From: Eledone cirrhosa | Taxonomy: Eukaryota | Assembly (NCBI GenBank): GCA_964016885.1 | Contig: OZ024749.1 | Span: forward strand, 15,624,001-15,688,000 | Direction of reading: 5' to 3' | Length of the DNA stretch: 64,000 nt | In this document: positions 21,746 to 34,302 of the stretch, one piece after another | How positions within the stretch are numbered: position 1 is the first letter of the stretch | Layout of the letters: each line of letters opens with the position of its first letter | Made by a program: the position numbers and the translations under genes | Notes under the pieces: generated by a model | The model's input: the letters and a program-made list of their open reading frames with translations, nothing else | Told to the model about the DNA's origin: nothing | Databases searched by the model: none

Positions 21746-21944
21746 CCACCCCATCTATGGCTCAACTAACCACTCAACTCCCGGGAATGAATATCACCAC
21801 AACTAGTAAACAAGGACCCACACCCCACCCTCCCGCACCAAAATTAGACTTATCGTCCCCTGCTTTTGCTCTTTACTCTCTTTACTCTTTGTTCTTGAAT
21901 GTTTGGTTGGTAGAGTCCATAACACCAATCAAACCCCTTTTATA

Positions 21945-21989
21945 GCTCTGACGAATCCTACGGTTACGCAAGGAAGAAACATTGTAAGC
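21945..21989 (+). ncRNA. Minimal type-I hammerhead motif in the upstream pseudo-LTR of the Penelope-like element
   Basis: GCT-CTGACGA-ATCCT...AGGAA-GAAAC-ATT-G-TA-AGC, followed by AATAAA, ~220 bp before the ATG. Confidence 0.65.
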
Positions 21990-22212
21990 CAATAAAAATC
22001 TTTTGATGTTGTAGACGCTCTTGTGTTCTTTATCATATATACGGCTCTGCTCCAAAGCATAGAGCTAATTATTATGCTGCCAATACCTTAATGGGACACG
22101 GGTATACAATACCTAACTCCTATTAACCTAAGTATTTCTACGGTTCCTCCCGGTTGAGCTAAATCCTTATAACCTGTCCACCTTGTGTGTATGATTATAA
22201 TTGATTGGTAGC

Positions 22213-24733
22213 ATGCTAACTAAAGACTACCCACCTATATCACTCAAGAACATACCAACCCCATCCAGGACTACTTATGAGAAATTACTGATAGCTAGTG
22301 TCAACTCCTTTGTTAAGCGTATTAGATGGCGCACTTTCCACTTCGATAAGAGAAATAAGAAATCAACCACGGCGTCCCCCAATAATAAATTCCGTTTTAA
22401 AACCTATAGGAGCCCGCCCCATAACTCCATGCTAGATGGATTTGAGAATGACCTCCTATCACTAGTAAGGAATATTAAGTTTAAAAACCCCCATGGGAAT
22501 AGCAACAAATTCCGGATGAAACTGGAAACCTTAGTTAAGGGCTTTAACGATAAAAGAGATATCCTGGTCACCTCGGATAAAACCAGAAATATTTATAGCT
22601 TAAATTATGATACGTATCGCAGGTTTATATACAATGAATTAAATAGAAACTATAAAAAGACAACAAGCGCAAACCTAGATGAAATTAATAAGGAAGCATG
22701 CGCCATAGTGGATAAACTAGGCCTGGAAAAGTATACCCAACCATATACCCCTAGGCAACCCAGGTTCACCCTTAAAGACCATAAGGCTGACTTCATTAGT
22801 AAACCCTCTCTTAGATTAATTAGCCCATCGAAGTCAGATATAGGGATTATCAGTCAGAACATTTTAGACGGCGTTATACCTACCATCAGGAGGAAAATAA
22901 ATCTAGAGCTATGGGAGAATACGGAAGAGGTTTTGAAATGGTTCTCAAGCCTTAGCAACCATAAATCCCTTAAATTTATACAATTCGACATCGATGCGTA
23001 CTACACCTCAATCTCCCCCATACTCCTTAATAAGGCCCTAATCATGGCCATGCAGAAAAGTGACCTCACTAGGTCTCAAATTGATGTCAGTCTTGCGGCC
23101 CGGAAAACGATAATCACACTTGAGGACGAATTGTGGACCCGCAAGAATACGCCCAATAACTTCGACATCACAATGGGATCTAGTGACTCTGCACAAGTAA
23201 CGGACCTGGTAGGATTGTACCTCTTAAAGGAGTTACATGAGACATTACCGCACTTGAAGGGCGGCTTATATCGTGATGACGCCCTCCTCACTCTCGAGTA
23301 TAAAAAGTGCAATATAGAAAGAACTAGGAAACAGTTACGTAGGTTCTTTAAAAGCTTTAATCTAAGTATTACCATAGATGCAAATGACAAAACAGTAAAC
23401 TTCCTAGACGCCACCCTTGACCTAGAAACTAAAACATTTGCACCCTACCATAAACCTAATGATAGACTAACATATGTAAACGCCAGCTCCAACCACCCCA
23501 AATCAGTCCTAAACGCTATTCCCAGGGGGGTCTCTAATAGAATTATCAGACTGTCTTGTAATGAGAGTATCTTCAACTCCAATGCAGAGTATTATGACAA
23601 GGCCCTAGCAGAATCTGGTTACGGGAATAGATTATCATATATACATAAGGACTCCCAAACCATGAGTGTGAAACCTACCAACATAATCACACATAGTATG
23701 GCCACAAAGCCTAACCAACTTAGAGGCAAGAATAATAGCAAGAACCCTAATGGCGGTAACCCAGCTAAATGTAAACCACGTAGAGACAATACTAGAGTCC
23801 CTCACCACAACTCTAAAACAACAAATGATCATGCCATGAATATAAACCATCCGGGCTTAAGCAAAACATACAACGCCACTAACGTTAATAACGGAACCCT
23901 ACAAAATAGTACGCACAGTAACGAGACTCACCCCACAGATAAGAAAAATAGAAGAAGGAAAAACATGTATTTTAACCCACCTTTTAACTCTGAGGTCCTC
24001 ACTAACCTCCCCAGAGTATTCTTCTCATTATTAGAAAAAAACTTCCCACCAGGCAATAGATATCGCAACATAATTAACAAAAACGTGATTAAATTATCCT
24101 ATTCGACCACACCTAACCTCACATCACACCTAGCACGCACGAACATTAGGAAAACTAGGGAAGGTTTCGAAGCAATTAAAATGGCAGTTAACCACCAGCA
24201 ACCGACTACACTGGAAAATGGGCAACATAATAGCATCACCGAGCCATCTAATGATATAGAAGTAACCAAAGTTCGGGAGGTACGCTAACTGATCGAACCC
24301 GCAGTTGCAATTGTAGGCGGAGTAGTAATTGTCCCCTAAGGGGGGCTTGCCTCATGAAAAACATCGTATATGCATGTGACGTAACCACACACAACTCTAC
24401 CAAAACATATATAGGAGCAACGTCCAATACATTTAAAACTAGATTTAACGCGCATATATACACATTTAGACACGATAGACATAAGAATGCTACCTCACTG
24501 GCGGGATACATCTCCTTTTTAAAAAATAATAGTACCCCATACAAACTTTTTGGAGGAAGCTTACGAGATCCACGCCATACCGACCGCAGAGCGGGAGTTG
24601 TGACCTGTGTTTACTGGAATGCCATGCCATAATACACTCTAAACTGAACCTGCTTAACAGGAAATCGGAAATTTTCTCCTCTTGCCAACACAAAATCCTG
24701 AGTTCCTTCTTCTATTTTAAACCTAGCACATAG
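22213..24733 (+). pseudogene. Penelope-like retroelement RT + GIY-YIG endonuclease ORF (Hydra-clade-like), two frameshifts
   Basis: RT motifs SDKT, LKDHK, RLI, QFDIDAYY, TMGS, LYRDD, NFLD, YHKP, SNHP. After a shift at ~24255-24288: CNCRRSSNCPLRGAC, IVY, YIG, RFNAH. After a shift at ~24550: CDLCLLE, LLNRKSE, CQHK, stop at 24731-24733. Confidence 0.93.
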
Positions 24734-24859
24734 ACGTAACATATATTACGCAACCCCCATCTAGACATACGCCTCCTTGACTATAACTTCCCTCCCCAAC
24801 CCATAACTCAGATAGATAGGTAGCCTAAGGGTGGAACAGTCCCCTACAAGGTTGGTGTT

Positions 24860-24891
<32 letters not shown>

Positions 24892-25503
24892 CGTGTGTAT
24901 CCTCCTTTTATCTCTCACACACATACACACACAAACATATGTATATATGTGTGCGTACGTGTGTGCATGCATGCACATGTGCGTGTATTGTATACATGTA
25001 GATTGTATATATATATATATATATATGTATATTGTATGCATGTGTATTATATTGTGTGTATGTGTATATGTGATATGTATGTGTATATATATATGTATGT
25101 GTATGTGTGTATGTGTGTGTGTATGATATGTATATATGTGTGTATGTATGTATATTTTTTCTGTAGAAGTCTTCTCTATATGTGGTGTTTGTCATGAATT
25201 CCTCCTATAATACTCTTCTTTGAGAGGAGCACGATATGTAGAGTAACACATATGTATTGTCGCAGTTAAAACTGACAACCACCACCCCTCCTGCTGACCC
25301 AAATGTTTACTGAGGACCAGAACACCATTCTCCACAATATAAGAGAGGAATGCGCTTGCCGGACTATTGATGACCATAACATCACATTCCAAGGTAATGG
25401 CAAAACACAGTGAATGCTAAACACGACCAGAACACCACAACATGCACATCGGAGCAACAATTGAATTTTTTGAGTTGAAATACATATAAATATGTGTCTG
25501 TGT

Positions 25504-26592
25504 GTATCGGATACACGTACACATAAAGAAACTGCTGACCTAAATGTACCTGTCATGCCTGTCTGAATTCCTAAGAGAACTTCTTGACCGATTACCTTCA
25601 CAATTACTACGTAGCGGTTCTTGCACGTGTCTGCTGGACCCGGATGAAACGAAGACGAAGAATTTCCTTGTGTACCGTTTTGTACCACAGATGCGATCTC
25701 ACTCTGCCTCGTTAATGTTCAATCGACACCAAAGTTCTACGTTCGGGGCAATAGAATTGAATCCAACCACCGACAACATAGTTGGATGACCGATAATCAC
25801 ACCAAACCAGAGTACTGTGATCCTTGTGATTTCGAGATATACAACCACTGACACTGTTACGAAGACCATAAAACAATACTCCATAATATTGAACCAAGTG
25901 ATTGATTTGTGCGACCAAAATAACACCACACACATATTGAACTAGGAATATTGGATCCTCCGTCAATGTCTGGGTGAGCAAAAATAGATTTCTATCTGCA
26001 TTGGAATTTACGAACTTGTGCATCTGCTGTGGTGTCAAAAACAAACGCACATGACCGCACAGATGAACAATGGACTATGCCACGTGGCTTGAACCTGCAA
26101 GTGAATTGAAGGATGTGTAACTCTGATATACAGATTATTTTTTATTAAGATGTATAAACTTGACATAACTATTATCATCTTATATTCTCTCAAATAATAA
26201 CATTTGATCATATTTCTCTATCCCGTTTTCTCCCCCCATATTTATAATATTTTTATTTGAAAAAATCGTTTTTTTTACATTGTGTTTTCCCTTTCTAATA
26301 CTTGCTTATATTTCTTTATATATTCTCTATATATTTTTATATATATATATTTTTTATCTTTATTCTTATCTTCACTTTTATCCTCCTTTATATTTTACCT
26401 TATTCTTACTTTTATACCTTATTATAGTGTAATCTTCCCCATGCCTTATTATACATTATTAATTATAGATTATTATTATTACTCTTTTTCCATTTCTAAT
26501 TACCTCATGTACTTTCTCCTCCGTTATATATATATTGTATGCCCTTTGTGTGTGTGTAGCCTCTGGACACCCTCTGCACCCTACTATCGACG
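25504..26592 (+). repeat. Downstream copy of the ~1.1-kb direct repeat (probable element 3' UTR)
   Basis: Matches 20447-21745. Confidence 0.92.
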
Positions 26593-26630
26593 TTAATTTT
26601 TCTCCCTCATATCAAGGATTTGAAGACAAT

Positions 26631-26719
26631 TCATTTTCACGTGACGAGATCAGCGATAATCGATCATGGCTACACGATCGATCTATCTCTTATTGAAACA
26701 TGTGTCGTGATTAAAATGA
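26631..26719 (+). ncRNA. Degenerate hammerhead-like motif
   Basis: TCAC-GTGACGA (C3>G)-long hairpin-GAAAC-ATGT-G-TC-GTGA. Confidence 0.45.
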
Positions 26720-26822
26720 TTGGAAATTTATACCATGCCTTCGGATCTTTATTTTGATATATATATATATATAAATGAAAGGTATAGAAAGTATTGTAGC
26801 AAGAAGCCAACAGTATTCCATT

Positions 26823-26905
<83 letters not shown>

Positions 26906-27096
26906 TGTATATATATGAAAAAATTTAGGACCCCGACGGCCGAGTTCCGGCCGTTTCAACAGCTAGATCTGAACTAAAGCGCCGATATTCGAGCGGCAGG
27001 GATCTAGCTGAACTCCCAAGTATTGAGTACTCTGGTGAGTAATGGTCTAGCTGGATTATACCACCTCCATTCTGATATGTATATATATATATATAT

Positions 27097-27407
27097 GGAA
27101 CACAAATTTAAATAATTTTGAAAACCACACAATGCATTAGAAAGAAACTCCAGATTGCTAAGATAAAGAATCTTACTTTAGCAAATTTGATAATCCCAAA
27201 TAATTTGGGGTTTTAAAACCCATTATCAAGGAAGTATCCCCGAGAGACTTAAAAGATCGATATTAATCTTGATAATGGGTTTTTAAACCTAAAAATATAT
27301 AGGGATTATCAAATTTGCTAAGGTAAAATTCTTTTGTTATTTTAGCAATCTTGATATTCTTTCTAATGCATTGTATGGTTTTCAAAATTATTCAAATTTG
27401 TGTTTCC
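27097..27407. repeat. Fold-back element with ~135-bp diverged inverted arms
   Basis: 27097-27230 is the reverse complement of 27268-27407. Confidence 0.8.
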
Positions 27408-27442
27408 TATTCAACAATGCTTCAAGCAAACTACAACACTAT

Positions 27443-27526
<84 letters not shown>

Positions 27527-27829
27527 CAAAGTTTAGTGTAATATATATCTGTATACCAGAGATTGAGTGCTCTCTCGACTTTGGATATGCTTTACCAAAA
27601 TACGCTACAGAGAGGGGGGGGGGGTGAGTGGAAGATAGAGGGGTGAGTAGGAGAGTGAGAGGGGGAGGGCGAGCGGCAATAGGAGGAAGAGAGAGGAGTA
27701 GAGATACTAAAGAGTTCATCAGTGAGAAAGAGAGGGACATAGATAGATAGATAGAAAGAGAGAGAGAGAGTAAATAAAATGTGCATTATTGAGAGTGAGA
27801 GAGAAAAGCACACCATTAATGTGTCTGTG

Positions 27830-28762
27830 TTGTATATTATATATCACTGTATGTGTGTGTGGTGTGGTGTGTGTGTGTGGTGTGTGTGTGGTGGGGTGTG
27901 TATGGTGTGTGTGTGGTATATTATATATCACTATGTGTGTGTGGTGTGGGGTGTGTGTGTGGTGTGGGGTGTGTGTGTGGTGTGTATGGTGTGTGTGTGT
28001 GGTATATTATATATCACTGTATGTGTGTGTGGTGTGGTGTGTGTGTGTGGTGTGTGTGTGGTGGGGTGTGTATGGTGTGTGTGTGGTATATTATATATCA
28101 CTATGTGTGTGTGGTGTGGGGTGTGTGTGTGGTGTGTATGGTGTGTGTGGTATATTATATATCACTGTATGTGTGTGTGGTGTGGTGTGTGTGTGTGGTG
28201 TGTGTGTGGTGGGGTGTGTATGGTGTGTGTGTGGTGTGGTGTGTATGGTGTGTGTGTGTGGTATATTATATATCACTGTATGTGTGTGTGGTGTGGTGTG
28301 TGTGTGTGGTGTGTGTGTGGTGGGGTGTGTATGGTGTGTGTGTGGTATATTATATATCACTATGTGTGTGTGGTGTGGGGTGTGTGTGTGGTGTGTATGG
28401 TGTGTGTGGTATATTATATATCACTGTATGTGTGTGTGGTGTGGTGTGTGTGTGTGGTGTGTGTGTGGTGGGGTGTGTATGGTGTGTGTGTGGTATATTA
28501 TATATCACTATGTGTGTGTGGTGTGGGGTGTGTGTGTGGTGTGGTGTGTATGGTGTGTGTGTGTGGTATATTATATATCACTGTATGTGTGTGTGGTGTG
28601 GTGTGTGTGTGTGGTGTGGTGTGTATGGTGTGTGTGTGGTATATTATATATCACTATGTGTGTGTGGTGTGGGGTGTGTGTGTGGTGTGGTGTGTATGGT
28701 GTGTGTGTGTGGTATATTATATATCACTGTATGTGTGTGTGTGTGGTGTGGTGTGGTGTGTT
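27830..28762. repeat. GT-rich compound minisatellite with about 12 ATATTATATATCACT anchors
   Basis: Seen directly. Confidence 0.9.
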
Positions 28763-30399
28763 TGAGTGATTGTCTGTGTGTGCATTTGTTAATGCTTATG
28801 TTTGTGTGCTTATGTGTTTACGTGGGTGGGTGTCCATATGTATGTTTTGTATAACCGTGTGTATGCATTGATATATAGCATATGCGTGTGTGCGTATTTG
28901 TGTATGTGTGCATCTATGCATGGTTTTGTGTATATTTGTATACATGTATGTGTGTGTATGTGTGCATCTATGCGTGGTTTTGTGTATATTTGTATACATG
29001 TATGTGTGTGTATGTGTGCATCTATGCGTGGTTTTGTGTATATTTGTATACATGTATGTGTGTGTGCATCTTTATATGGTTTTATGTCTATATACATGTG
29101 CATACGTCTGTGTGTATGAGTATCTGTGTGTTTTTTGTGTGTCTATATGTATACATACATATGTGTCAGTGCGTGTATGTATGTGTGTTGTGATCGTGCG
29201 TGATCCGGCAACCATTTTTTATTTAGCAGACGATCAAAATTTTTCAAAAGTAGGGCGAAATATTTGTATAAATCCAAGAAGAGATTGGAAAGATAAATAA
29301 AGAATTATTTTAAGAACGCTGAGCCTGTTATTATTCAAGCACAATAATGGTAACTTTTCTTGTGGATGTTTATGGAATCGTGGCGGCATTTTGGAGCCGA
29401 ATTAATATCGCGTCTTAGATTTATTTTTATATTTATATTCCCTTATATGTATATTTTTTATTCTTTGAGTGGTTTTAGTCAATGGCGGTGAATCGGTAGA
29501 ATAGTCAGAACGTCGGAGAGAATGACTTTGCGGTTGGTATTCGTTTTGATTTAATGAGATCTGAGTTCAAATCCCGCCAAGGAGCCCCAAAATTGCTTTT
29601 CATCCTTTCGAAGTCGATAAATAAACTACCAGTCCAGTATCGGAGTTGATCCTTCTATATCTCTTTCACACTCGGACCCTCTCTCTTTCTCTTCCTCTGG
29701 AAGAAATCAGTCGTGTTTGGACCTTGTGAGGGATGGGCTCCCTTAGGTTTAAGTGTTTAAGACATGCAGTATGTCACAATGGCGCCCCTACGACTCTATA
29801 AGGAGCTAAGGACCCATGGATGGGTTGATGGATGGATGGATGGATGGATGGTTACAGTAATTGAAATGAGGCCATGCTGGAGCACCACTTTCAAGGGATT
29901 TAGTCGATCATATTGATCACATCGATTCCAGTTTGATTTTTCATCAGAGTAACAGATGAAATCAGCCAGAGATGCCCACAGTTTCCGTTTGTGGGACATA
30001 CAGATCACATATTTGTAACTTGTACAGTCAACTTGTGAAGGCGTATGGCTTAGTGGTTAGAGCATCGGGCTTACAGTCGTGAGGCCGTGAGTTCGATTCT
30101 CGAACTGGGCTTTGCGTTGTGTCCTTGTGCAAGGCACTTTATTTCACATTGCTCCAGTTCACTCAACTGTAGAAATGAATTGTGACGTCACTGGTGCTAT
30201 ATCGGCGGCCATTGCCTTTCCTTTGGACAACGTCGGTGACGTGGAGAGGAGATGTTGATATGTATGGGCGACTGCTGATCTTCCATAAACACCCTTGCCC
30301 GGACTTGGGCCTCGGAGGGGAACTTTCTAGGTACTAATCCCATGATCATTGGTGACCGAAGGAGGTTTTAAAACAGTCAACTTAGAACAAACTAATATA

Positions 30400-30640
30400 C
30401 GGGGTCCTGACTACTGGAAACTGAACGCATCCTTCTTGGAGTGGAAACAATTCAGATAACTGGATTAGTGACTAGAAGTCGAACAGGAACTGACGGGAGC
30501 TACCATTAACAACAGGTGGTGGGTTTAGTTAAAAAGAAACATTACAATAATATCAGTGAGTTTCAGTAAAGAGTTGGTTATAGAAAACTGGAGAGTAGAG
30601 AAGGGACTAATGAGGTGTTTAGAAGAAGCGCATAGACTTT
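30400..30640 (+). mobile_element. Degenerate Tx1/L1-type LINE ORF2 fragment
   Basis: Encodes GPDYWKLNASFL followed by a WW..LK motif, typical of the post-endonuclease linker. Confidence 0.55.
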
Positions 30641-30986
30641 AAGGTCGGGCATTAAGGACAATTTCTAAAAGATCCTTGGTATGGTAGCGCTACAGAAGTG
30701 CACCACAAGTTAGAAACAATCCTTTCCTTTACATAATGTAAACCCCAGTGTGTTGTTGTTGTTGTTGTTGTTGTGTATATTCTTTGATTTGATGAAAACC
30801 GAAATCACAAGAAGAAGGAAAGAAGAAGAAGAAGAAGAAGAAGGAAAGAAGAAGAAGAAAAAGAAGAATACAATAAAGAAAAAGAAAAGGAAAAATAAAA
30901 AATAGATTCAGCCACGAAATATAGTTTCAAAAATGTAATAAAATTAAAAAGCAGAAAAAAAATACAAAATTAAAAACAAAGGAAAT

Positions 30987-31055
<69 letters not shown>

Positions 31056-31844
31056 CCATACGCACACACATACAAAATTACACGCAAGCACACTAACAAA
31101 GAGACAAAACACACGCGAACATCCACACTAACACACACAAGAACAGGCACACTAACACACACACACACAAGAACAGGTACACTAATACACACACACACAA
31201 GAACAGGCACACTAACACACACACACACACACACACACAAGAACAGGCACACTAACACACACACTAATACACACACACAAGAACAGGCACACTAACACAC
31301 ACACTAATACACACACACAAGAACAGGCACACTAACACACACACTCACACAAGAACAGACACACACACACACATACAAACAAGGAACGAAACCAACAAAC
31401 ACACAACCAAACGAAATAATTCAAACAAAGTAAAATAAAGGAGAGTTAAAATCCAGCAGACATGGACATCTTAAGATGTTGCAGCAGACCAACGTGATAT
31501 GAATAGGGAAAATGGAAGAAAATTAGAGGTTTTTTTTACAAAAGTATCGATAGTGGAGGAAAACTGTTGGTTTTACGAAATAAAATAAAATATAACCAAA
31601 TCAAACCATCTCAAACCAAGCCAACCCACAATATTTATAGATTTTTACACAAATTTGATCAAGTTTTCATCATGGCCCCTGTGATGTCGTCCTATTATAT
31701 ATATATGTGTGTGTGTGTGAGTGTAAATATATATATGAATATGTATGTATATATAAATCTGTGTGTATATATTTATATGAATATACATGTATATATAAAT
31801 GTGTGTGTGTATATATACACACACAACATATATATACACACATA

Positions 31845-31888
<44 letters not shown>

Positions 31889-32127
31889 AACATATATATA
31901 TATATATATATACATATACACATTACATATATATCAGTATTTCTGTTCTCGTTTATTTCCTTCCATCTAAGTAACAAACAATAAAACAAAATGGAGGTAG
32001 AGGTAGGGATACGGGAGACGGGAGATGAAATAATAATAATAATATTTATATATATTTATATATAACATATAATTATATCCCATATATATATATATGTATG
32101 TTCATATAATATAACTCACACACACAA

Positions 32128-32160
<33 letters not shown>

Positions 32161-32211
32161 ACATATACATAATATATATATAAACATATATATATATATA
32201 TTATATATATA

Positions 32212-32256
<45 letters not shown>

Positions 32257-32306
32257 ATATATATATAAACATACATATATATATACATATATACATATAA
32301 ACATAC

Positions 32307-32361
<55 letters not shown>

Positions 32362-32483
32362 AATATATATATATAACATATATATATATATATATATATA
32401 CAAATATATATATATAACACATATATATATATATATATATACAAATATATATATATATAACATATATATATATATATATATAA

Positions 32484-32905
32484 TGTAGGAGGTGAGTTTT
32501 ATTGTAGTACAATAAAGCAATGCAGATATCGGATAAGAAGCACTCTACAGTTTGTGGGACTGGAGTATGCATAATATAAGATCAAAAGATGGTTAAAGGA
32601 GTTCCATATATTTTATTATGCGCATTTCAAAAACAAACATCATCAAGCAATAATATTTGTGTTTTCATCAGATAAAACAGGAGAACATGATATGAAGGCT
32701 AAAAAACACTTGTGGATAGTGCAATTTTAAATCAACATATGTTGATTTAAAACTGCACTATCCACAAGTGTTTTTTAGCCTTCATATCATGTTCTCCTGT
32801 TTTATCTGATGAAAACACAAATATTATTGCTTGATGATGTTTGTTTTTGAAATGCGCATAATAAAATATATGGAACTCCTTTAACCATCTTTTGATCTTA
32901 TATTA
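32484..32905. mobile_element. Family A palindromic element with two intact hammerhead motifs
   Basis: Near-perfect ~167-bp arms centred on CATATG at ~32738. Motifs at 32610-32677 (-) and 32800-32867 (+): TTTTAT-CTGATGA...GAAA-TGCGCA-TA-ATAAAA. Confidence 0.85.
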
Positions 32906-33364
32906 TATATATATATATATACAAATATATATATATAACATATAACATATAACACTCCCCACCGAAAACGATCTCTTACCGTAAAATGAAGCTAATTTTT
33001 TTCTGTTTCTTTCTGTTCTTTTATATTGTTTAACTCTGTTTTGTGTTGTGAATGTAGTTGTGTGGATATAGTCCTGTGAGTGTGTGTGTATAGTTATGTG
33101 TGTATGTGTGTATAGTTATGTGTGTATGTGTGTAGTTTCGTTGTTTGAAATCAACTAAAGATTCTGAGCAATAAAATATAGCAGACGATAGGTTTCCAAA
33201 CACCCTCAAACGCATAGTGTGCATACATATATGTATGCATATATACACATACATACACATAATCATATATATATATATATATATATGTATTCCAGACAAA
33301 TGCACACACTATACACTTCGTTAAAATAAAGCGCCGCCTGGTGTTCTGCTTCATCAAATGGTCT

Positions 33365-33461
<97 letters not shown>

Positions 33462-33462
<1 letters not shown>

Positions 33463-33989
33463 ATATATAATATAAGATCAACAGATGGTTAAAAGAGTTC
33501 CAAGTATTTTATTATGCGCATTTCAAAAACAAATATCATCATGGTATGATATCTGCGTTCTCATCAGATAAAATATGGAGATATGATATGAAGCTTAAAA
33601 AACACTTGTGAATAGTGAAGTTTTAAATCAACATATGAAAAATAAATTAAGATGGATGTATGAGATTGGGAAAAAGTGAGGGAGAGGGGTGTGTGGAAAA
33701 GGTAAGGAAGAGGAAGAAATAAGAGTAAAGGAAGGATGAGAGAAAAGGAGAGATGGGTGATAGAGAGAGAGAGAGAGAGAGATAGCCTTTACAACTGAGA
33801 AAAAATATTGTCTCACAGAGAGAAATTAAAAAGCCGTTGGAAGATAATAGATAATTTAAAAGATTTTGAAATTAAAAGTTAATGAGGTTTATGCATGAAG
33901 AAAAAGGAATTAAGAATAGTATTAAATTAAGGTTTGTATATGCGATATTTGCATTGCTTTATTGTGTTACAATAAAACTCACCTCCTAC

Positions 33990-33990
<1 letters not shown>
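33462..33990 (-). mobile_element. Family A element, longer copy with inverted 3' tip
   Basis: Hammerhead at 33505-33575 (-). 33943-33990 is the reverse complement of the terminus seen at 17507 and 32484. Confidence 0.8.
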
Positions 33991-34056
<66 letters not shown>

Positions 34057-34228
34057 CATATATCAATAGTGAAGAGAAGGAGAAGTTAGTTGGTCTATAT
34101 ATATATATATATTAACAGGCTAAATAAATATATGGGCTGTGAGTATTAAGTTGGGATCATAACGTCGCCATTTATAAATGAAATCACACACACTCATATG
34201 TGTGTGTGTGTATGTGTGCGTGTGTCTG

Positions 34229-34264
<36 letters not shown>

Positions 34265-34302
34265 CATAATCTTAGAACTACATTATAGAATAACCACAAA
34301 GA

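Noticed and set aside
27779-28854. Cys/Val/Trp-rich ORFs
   Set aside because: GT-rich minisatellite, open in all three plus frames.
30040-30112. tRNA gene
   Set aside because: The A and B boxes belong to SINE heads followed by core and tail; no complete cloverleaf seen.
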